Assembly (NCBI GenBank): GCA_963703575.1
Contig: CAVPEU010000026.1
Span: forward strand, 129,850 to 193,849
Origin: an uncultured Chloroflexia bacterium
GTDB taxonomy: Bacteria > Chloroflexota > Limnocylindria > Limnocylindrales > CSP1-4
Direction: 5' to 3'
DNA: 64,000 nucleotides
Shown here: positions 58,297 to 64,000 of the stretch, one piece after another
How the letters are laid out: every line of letters starts with the position of its first letter
How positions within the stretch are numbered: the first letter of the stretch is position 1
The notes under the pieces: generated by a model
Told to the model about the DNA's origin: nothing
What the model saw: the letters and a program-made list of their open reading frames with translations, nothing else
Databases searched by the model: none
Program-made: the position numbers and the translations under genes

Positions 58297-58401
58297 GCCG
58301 GGACGGCGCGGGCCGGGGCGGCGCGGGCTCGACGGCTCAGGCGCGGTCTCGTCCCCGGGGCGGCACAGGCCGGGCGGCGCGGGCGCGACGGCTCAGGCCC
58401 G
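58291..58401. repeat. Imperfect direct duplication (~45-55-bp unit) spanning the metX stop codon
   Basis: GGCGGCATAGGCCGGGACGGCGCGGG...CGACGGCTCAGGC is followed by GGCGGCACAGGCCGGGCGGCGCGGGCGCGACGGCTCAGGC. The stop TAG in the first copy is CAG in the second. Confidence 0.6.
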
Positions 58402-58556
58402 GGCCGCGCGCCACCGGCATGCCTGCGGGACGCCACGAGCCTGCCCGCAGGGCGCGACCGCAAGACCGGTGCAAGGAAGCGGCAAGCCGCGTTGAGCCGG
58501 TCGCGACCCCCCGGTCGCGTAGAGTCGGGTGACACCACATCGACAGGAGGCCCGCC

Positions 58557-58763
58557 ATGGCGAGACTGAGCGAGAAGAAGCGCGACTCCCTTCCGAAGTC
58601 GGCGTTCGGGCTGCCGGAGGAGCGCAAGTACCCGATGCCGGACGAATCGCACGCCCGGAACGCGAAGGCCAGGGCCGCCCAGCAGGAGGACAAGGGCACG
58701 ATCACGAAGGCCGAAGAGCGCCGGATCGACCGCAAGGCCGACAAGGTGCTGGACAAGGACTGA
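58557..58763 (+). CDS. Small basic hypothetical protein (68 aa)
   Basis: Strong AGGAGG RBS 6 nt upstream. Lys/Arg/Glu-rich, with no recognisable domain. Confidence 0.6.
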   Translation: MARLSEKKRDSLPKSAFGLPEERKYPMPDESHARNAKARAAQQEDKGTITKAEERRIDRKADKVLDKD

Positions 58764-58885
58764 TCGCTTCCCGCCGCGCCCCGTGCGGCACTGCGCGGTT
58801 GAGCCGCATGGCGAGCCGCGCTACACTCCGTCCCGCCCTCGATGGGCACGCGTTCCGGACGGCACCGCTCCGGGCGCGACCTCGC

Positions 58886-58960
58886 TGGCGAGTGGCCAAA
58901 CGGTAAGGCACCTGACTCTGGATCAGGGGATTCAAGGTTCGAATCCTTGCTCGCCAGCCA
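58886..58960 (+). tRNA. tRNA-Gln (anticodon CUG)
   Basis: Cloverleaf: acceptor TGGCGAG/CTCGCCA, anticodon stem CCTGA/TCAGG with loop CTCTGGA, T-arm CAAGG-TTCGAAT-CCTTG, G73 and encoded CCA. The U1:A72 pair fits a GlnRS substrate. Confidence 0.9.
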
Positions 58961-58996
58961 GAACCCTCCTGATCCCCTATCCGGTTCGCCCTGCCC

Positions 58997-60694
58997 ATGA
59001 CCCTCGAAGCCAGCGCCGCCCCCGAACGGGGGGACTTCATCCGCGACATCGTGGCCGCCGATCTCCGCGAGGACCGGCACACGACGATCGTCACCCGCTT
59101 CCCCCCGGAGCCCAACGGCTACCTCCACATCGGGCATGCGAAGTCGATCTGCCTGAACTTCGGCATCGCGAATGAGTTCGGCGGCCATTGCAACCTGCGC
59201 TTCGACGACACCAATCCGATGAAGGAGGAGCAGGAGTACATCGACGCGATCGAGACGGACGTCCGGTGGCTGGGGTTCGACTGGGGCGAGCACCTCCACC
59301 ACGCGTCGGACTACTTCGATCAGCTCTACGCGTGGGCCGTCCACCTCATCGAGCACGGCAAGGCATACGTGGACGACCTGTCGGCTGACGAGATCCGCGA
59401 GCATCGCGGCACGCTCACGGAGCCGGGCCGGAACAGCCCGTGGCGGGACCGGTCCGTCGAGGACAACCTCGACCTCTTCCGGCGGATGCGGGCGGGCGAG
59501 TTCGAGAACGGGGCGCGCGTGCTCCGGGCGAAGATCGACATGGGCTCCCCCAACATCAACCTGCGGGACCCCGTGCTGTACCGGATCGTGCACGCGGCGC
59601 ATCCCCGCACCGGCGACGCATGGTGCATCTACCCGACCTACGACTTCGCGCACGGCCAGTCGGACGCGATCGAGGGCGTCACCCATTCGATCTGCACCCT
59701 GGAGTTCGAGGTCCACCGTCCCCTCTACGACTGGCTCATCGAGAACCTGCCGGTGCCGTCGAGACCGCGCCAGTACGAGTTCGCGCGGCTCAACCTCACC
59801 TACACCGTGCTGTCCAAGCGGGTGCTGCTGAGCCTCGTCAACGAGGGGCGCGTGCGCGGCTGGGACGACCCCCGGATGCCGACCATCTCCGGCCTGCGCC
59901 GCCGCGGGTTCCCGGCCGAGGGCATCCGCGACTTCGCGGCCATGATCGGCGTGGCCAAAGCCGACAGCGTGGTCGAGGTGGGGCAGCTGGAGTACGCGGC
60001 GCGCTCCGTCCTCAACCGGACGGCCCCGCGGCGGCTCGCCGTGCTGGATCCGCTCAAGGTCGTCATCGAGAACTACCCGGACGGCCAGGTCGAGGAGATG
60101 GAGGTCGTCAACAACCCGGAGGACCCGTCGGCCGGGACGCGACGGGTGCCGTTCTCACGCGAGCTGTGGATCGAGCGAGACGACTTCATGGAGCAGCCAC
60201 CGGCCAGGTTCTTCCGCCTCGCTCCAGGGCGCGAGGTGCGGCTGCGGTCCGCCTATTTCGTCACCTGCACCGGCGTCGTCAAGGACGAGTCGGGGCGTGT
60301 CGTGGAGCTGCGCTGCACCTACGACCCGGCCACGCGCGGCGGCGACTCGCCGGACGGGCGGCGACCGAAGGCGACGCTGCACTGGGTGTCCGCGGCCCAC
60401 GCCGTGCCGGCCGAGGTGCGGCTGTACGACTACCTGTTCAGCCGGCCGGATCCCGGGGCGGACGGGGACCTGTTCGCGGACCTCAACCCGGCGTCCGAGA
60501 CGGTGGTGCACGGCGCGTTCGTCGAGCCGTCGCTGGCGGAGTTTCCGGCCGGGGAGACCGTGCAGTTCGAGCGGCTGGGGTACTTCACGCCGGACCTGGA
60601 CTCGGCACCGGGGGCGCTCGTGTTCAACCGGACGCTGACGCTCAGGGACACGTGGGCGAAGCTGCAGGCGCAGGGACGGCACGATACGGCGTAG
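58997..60694 (+). CDS. glnS: Glutaminyl-tRNA synthetase
   Basis: Class I HIGH motif ([14 protein letters not shown]), KMSKS-like VLSKR, and the GlnRS-specific anticodon-binding beta-barrels. Confidence 0.9.
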   Translation: MTLEASAAPERGDFIRDIVAADLREDRHTTIVTRFPPEPNGYLHIGHAKSICLNFGIANEFGGHCNLRFDDTNPMKEEQEYIDAIETDVRWLGFDWGEHLHHASDYFDQLYAWAVHLIEHGKAYVDDLSADEIREHRGTLTEPGRNSPWRDRSVEDNLDLFRRMRAGEFENGARVLRAKIDMGSPNINLRDPVLYRIVHAAHPRTGDAWCIYPTYDFAHGQSDAIEGVTHSICTLEFEVHRPLYDWLIENLPVPSRPRQYEFARLNLTYTVLSKRVLLSLVNEGRVRGWDDPRMPTISGLRRRGFPAEGIRDFAAMIGVAKADSVVEVGQLEYAARSVLNRTAPRRLAVLDPLKVVIENYPDGQVEEMEVVNNPEDPSAGTRRVPFSRELWIERDDFMEQPPARFFRLAPGREVRLRSAYFVTCTGVVKDESGRVVELRCTYDPATRGGDSPDGRRPKATLHWVSAAHAVPAEVRLYDYLFSRPDPGADGDLFADLNPASETVVHGAFVEPSLAEFPAGETVQFERLGYFTPDLDSAPGALVFNRTLTLRDTWAKLQAQGRHDTA

Positions 60695-60811
60695 TCGGCA
60701 GGGCGGGCAGGCCCGAGGTGGGAGGCCCGGCGCCGCAGGTTGAGGCGCCCGACGTGCAGGTTGAGGCGCCCGACGCCGCAAGGTAGACTCGGGGCGCCCT
60801 CCGGGCATCGC

Positions 60812-60886
60812 TGGCGAGTGGCCTAACGGTAAGGCACCTGACTCTGGATCAGGGGATTGAAGGTTCGAATCCTTCCTCGCCAGCCA
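60812..60886 (+). tRNA. tRNA-Gln (anticodon CUG), second copy
   Basis: Same acceptor and anticodon arm as the first copy. D-loop and T-stem differ (GAAGG/CCTTC). Confidence 0.9.
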
Positions 60887-60937
60887 ACCTACAACATCTA
60901 GGGCACGGCAAGCGCTGAACCACCAGATGTTGTGGTT
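60887..60937 (+). terminator. Hairpin abutting the tRNA 3' end (ACAACATCT ... AGATGTTGT, 9-bp perfect stem with a ~25-nt loop)
   Basis: Inverted repeat seen directly after the encoded CCA. Confidence 0.4.
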
Positions 60938-61228
60938 TCGACCTCACTTGGACCCCGCGCCGAGGAGGTTCGATCGTGGCTACTTCGCCTGACTCCTTCC
61001 CGGTTTGTTCGCCTGACTCTGGGCGCCCAACGACTGGTTCGTTTGATCCCGGAGGCCCCCTTGACGCGTTCGCTGTCAGCCTCGGCGCGGCCGTCGACCT
61101 GTTCATCGCGGCCAAGGCCGCCGAAGGTGCGTCGGAGCGGACGCTCGAGTGATACCCCGGGATTCCGCAGCTGGATCTCACGCGAGTATCTATGGGCGAT
61201 GACTCGGTGGGATGACCGGCTGACCGGG

Positions 61229-61528
61229 TCAGGCGGTGACGGCAGCCTCGGCGGGCGCCAGTCCGAAGATGCGCGGCGGCTCGGGGACGCCAAGCGCCTT
61301 GAAGATGGCCGTCTGGCGGGCCGTCAGCTCGGTCCGCTGGGCGACCTTGCCGGCCGAGCCGTCAAAGCGCCCGAGGTGGCACTTGTCGAGCTCGAAGCGG
61401 AGATCGCGCCAGGTGTCGCCGGTCGCCTGCTCGGCGAGCCGGATGAGGAGCAGGGCGAGCCAGCAGAGCAGGACGTGGGCCCGGATGCGCTGCTCCTTGC
61501 GATGGTGGACATGGCTCCACTGACGCAT
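61229..61528 (-). pseudogene. C-terminal fragment of a DDE transposase (IS4/IS1634-like)
   Basis: Motif ...HVLLCWLALLLIRLAEQ... is typical of a DDE_Tnp_1 C-terminus. No N-terminal catalytic region is present. Confidence 0.5.
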
Positions 61529-61572
61529 TTCGGGGTCCCATTCGTGCTCAGGAACGGCGCTCCGAGTGCCTC

Positions 61573-61929
61573 TTGAGCCGAATAGCTGCGGAAGCCGGGT
61601 CGCGGATCGACGCCTCGACCGGCAAGGTCGTCGAGCGGATCGTCCGCTCGGAGCTGGTCGTGGTCGACGACATCGGCCTGCTACCCGCCGGCGCCGACGA
61701 GGCCGAGGCGCTGTATCGCCTCGTCGACGCGGCGTACGAGAAGCGCTCGTTGATCCTGACGTCGAACCTGCATCCCGCTCGCTTCGACACGATCTTCCCG
61801 AAGAGCCTGGCGACTGCGGCGGTCGACCGCCTCCTCCACCACGCCCATGTCATCGTGACCGAGGGCCGCTCGCACCGGCTCACCGAGGCGATCGAGGGTC
61901 GCGGCGTCCGACCGCTCGAGAGCGTTTAG
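61573..61929 (+). pseudogene. C-terminal fragment of an IS21-family IstB helper ATPase
   Basis: LVVVDDIGLLP...LYRLVDAAYEKRSLILTSNLHPARFDTIFP...AVDRLLHHAHVIV matches the IstB Walker B and C-terminal region. The N-terminal half is missing. Confidence 0.65.
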
Positions 61930-61992
61930 GCCTGACAGCCCATCAACGAACCCTATTGACGTGCAGGCTTCGCCCGGTCACGCGTGTCATTC

Positions 61993-62733
61993 CTAGTCCT
62001 CGACAGTGACCGAGACGCTGGCCGGAGAGGAGCAGACCTCGTGCCAAACGGTGCCCAGGTCGATCTGAATGCTGTCCAATACGAGCGGAAACTCAACCCG
62101 GGTGATATCGGTGATCGGGTCGGTGCAGGGGGGCGCCGAGAGCGGCGTCCCGTTCTCCGTGGACCCTCCTGTCCACCACCAGGCACCGAGAACGATCGAG
62201 ACTGACTGTCCAGATCGGATGGTGAAGGAGGTGGCTGTCCCAGCATTGACCACCGTAACTGACTGGAACGGGCCGGTCGCGGAGGCCACCCTGATCGTCG
62301 CCGGCAGCTCGAGCACGCAATCGCCGCCAGCGTTCCGAAGCGGCTGCGTGACATACACGGACGTCGTCCCGACCGTGCCAAAGCCGGGGGCGCTCGTTGC
62401 CTCGCCCAGGGTGAACTGACTCGCCGAACACGTTCCTCCGACGCCTGGCACCTCCGAGGGTGACGCTACCACGGTCGAACTCGGCGCTGCTGGGACGGTC
62501 GCTGAGGGAGTGGTCGAGGATCCGGATCCAGTCGCACCACCGGTGGGCTCGCCTGGGCTCCAACCTCCCCGCACAAATAGAGCGACGAGCAAGGTGACCA
62601 CGGCTACCGCCGTGCCGGCGATGCCAAAGGCATAGGCGCTTCGGGACGGCCTTGGCGCCTTCGACGGCAGCGACGCAGCATCCGCTACCGCCCGCCACTC
62701 GTCTAGGATCTCGGTGGTCCGTGAGGAAGACAT
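61993..62733 (-). CDS. Anti-sigma factor: single-TM membrane protein with an extracytoplasmic Cys-containing domain
   Basis: ATG overlaps the sigma-factor TGA (TGATG). Cytoplasmic N-terminus, one TM helix, Ser/Thr/Pro linker, and a C-terminal beta-rich domain. Confidence 0.6.
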   Translation of the reverse strand: MSSSRTTEILDEWRAVADAASLPSKAPRPSRSAYAFGIAGTAVAVVTLLVALFVRGGWSPGEPTGGATGSGSSTTPSATVPAAPSSTVVASPSEVPGVGGTCSASQFTLGEATSAPGFGTVGTTSVYVTQPLRNAGGDCVLELPATIRVASATGPFQSVTVVNAGTATSFTIRSGQSVSIVLGAWWWTGGSTENGTPLSAPPCTDPITDITRVEFPLVLDSIQIDLGTVWHEVCSSPASVSVTVED

Positions 62734-63215
62734 CACGCAACCTCCAACTTGTCACGGGCGCGACTAACGGCCGCTCTGAGGGCGCCCTCTGTGGTGTTCA
62801 GCGCGTCTGCAACCTCCGCATAGGACCACCCCTCAACCGCAGTCATGATCAATGCCGATCGTTCGATGGGAGTCAGCTTGGCAAGCGCCTGGCACACATC
62901 AATCCAGCGGACACGGATCAGCTCGTCGGTGGGGGGATCCGAACGCGTCCATGCGAGTCTCCGGCGAAGGGACCTGAAGCGGTTGTTCGCCAAGCGTCGG
63001 GCAGTGACCAACAGCCATGGCAGGATCGGCCGATCCCAGTCAATCGAGCCTCGGTGCCGCCAGAGTCGGAGGTATGTCTCCTGCGTTAAGTCCTCGGCGG
63101 AGGTCCAGTCGTTCGTCCAGGCGAGAACGAACCGGAAGACGTCCCCCCAGAACCGATCATAGGCGCGCTGGTACCGGAGCTCGGCTGACTCAACCAAGGC
63201 GACGTCTGCCCCCAT
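62733..63215 (-). CDS. ECF (group IV) sigma-70 family sigma factor
   Basis: Region 2 (DLTQETYLRLWRH) and region 4 HTH (YAEVADALNTTEGALRAAVSRAR). An AT-rich GTATATAG element lies just upstream. Confidence 0.8.
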   Translation of the reverse strand: MGADVALVESAELRYQRAYDRFWGDVFRFVLAWTNDWTSAEDLTQETYLRLWRHRGSIDWDRPILPWLLVTARRLANNRFRSLRRRLAWTRSDPPTDELIRVRWIDVCQALAKLTPIERSALIMTAVEGWSYAEVADALNTTEGALRAAVSRARDKLEVA

Positions 63216-63743
63216 ACCTATATACACCCCGATCACCCCGAAAACGCACGGCCAAGTCAGGCGCGGTCCGTGTTCCTGGCTGCGTCGTCCTGCGGCCTGA
63301 CCGTGGGCTGGCGAGCGGAGCCTGCCCCCTCCAGAAGCCGGTATGTCGCCCTGTCGGCAGGCTCCGTGAGTCGTTGCCGCGTCGGTCAGCCGTGCGCCCG
63401 ACGGGCGGCGAGCGCTCGCAGCACGCGCCAGTTGGTGTCGTCGTTGCTCCCTCGGACGCGTGACCGTCTCGACCCTCACAACCGCGACCGCCGCGCGAGA
63501 TCCAGCCCGGTCCTGAGGGCGGCGGGGATCGCCATTTCGCTCCGGTCGTCTGTCAAGCAGTATCCGCCGGGGTGTCTGACGGGAGCCTGGCAGCGAGGTG
63601 GCGGGATGCCCGGCATTGGGAGGGGCGGGGACAACTGTCGCCCGCCCCGATTTGGAGAACTCGTTTCGGGATCGCTAGTACAGCCGTTCCTAAGTTGCGG
63701 GACGTAACTGCGGCAGCTACGATTCCTCCGAGAGGAGGGACCG

Positions 63744-64000
63744 ATGTCGAGACGTAGCCCGTACCGGATCGAACTGACACCCGAGGAGCGGTCCGCCCTG
63801 GAGCGCCGAGCCCGCCGCCAGACGGCCAGCCGACGCGAGGTCTTCCGGGCCCAGGTCGTGCTCCTCGCGGCCGACGGGTTGCGCAATGACGAGATCGCCG
63901 AGCGGCTGGGGACGGTGCGCACGACCGTGAGCCGCTGGCGCAAGCGGTTCTTCGAGGATCGCGCGGCAGGTCTCGCCGATCGCCCGCGGTCCGGCCGGCC
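63744..64000 (+). mobile_element. IS630-family transposase, 5' part (gene continues beyond the window)
   Basis: GAGGAGGGA RBS. N-terminal HTH (LTPEERSALERRARRQTASRREVFRAQVVLLAADGLRNDEIAERLGTVRTTVSRWRKRF) is typical of IS630 transposases. Confidence 0.7.

Noticed and set aside
58783-59175. 131-aa ORF overlapping tRNA-Gln and the glnS start
   Set aside because: It overlaps a high-confidence tRNA and the 5' end of glnS. No RBS and no domain.
60932-61576. 214-aa plus-strand ORF across the post-tRNA region
   Set aside because: Featureless translation that spans the att-like repeats and runs antisense to the transposase fragment.

Overview
This is a 64-kb, ~72% GC chromosomal segment with Actinobacteria-type content: a coproporphyrin-dependent heme pathway, an F420-type LLM oxidoreductase, a metY-metX pair, and many ATGA/GTGA start-stop overlaps. 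I call about 55 protein genes in operon-like blocks:

- **Bat module:** the 3' end of a MoxR-associated DUF58 gene, then two vWA genes.
- **2-oxoacid dehydrogenase operon:** lpd-E1alpha-E1beta-E2-lipA on the minus strand, followed by add.
- **DUF1326-DUF2182-TetR operon** with a perfect palindromic candidate operator upstream.
- **Heme operon (minus strand):** hemA, a hemC-hemD fusion, hemB, hemL, hemE, a frameshifted hemH/cpfC, an AhbD-like radical SAM gene, and hemY/cgoX. A MerR/excisionase-type regulator sits divergent to feoAB.
- **Thiamine-related ECF transporter:** S, fused A-A' and T components behind a clear TPP riboswitch.
- **Two-component system** plus a secreted protein, then metY-metX.
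- **tRNA-Gln - glnS - tRNA-Gln** module, followed by a lower-GC island with an integrase remnant, an IS4-like transposase fragment, an istB fragment, an ECF sigma/anti-sigma pair, and the 5' part of an IS630-family transposase.

The most interesting observations are the AhbD-like radical SAM enzyme sitting in the ChdC/HemQ slot, an orphan rSAM-SPASM enzyme flanked by a flippase-like membrane gene and an F420 LLM, and the DUF1326/DUF2182/TetR unit. At least three conserved genes, including essential hemH, are broken by single-base frame changes at G/C runs; this looks like assembly indel error rather than decay. Most of the long ORFs in the six-frame track are GC-driven antisense or read-through artefacts.
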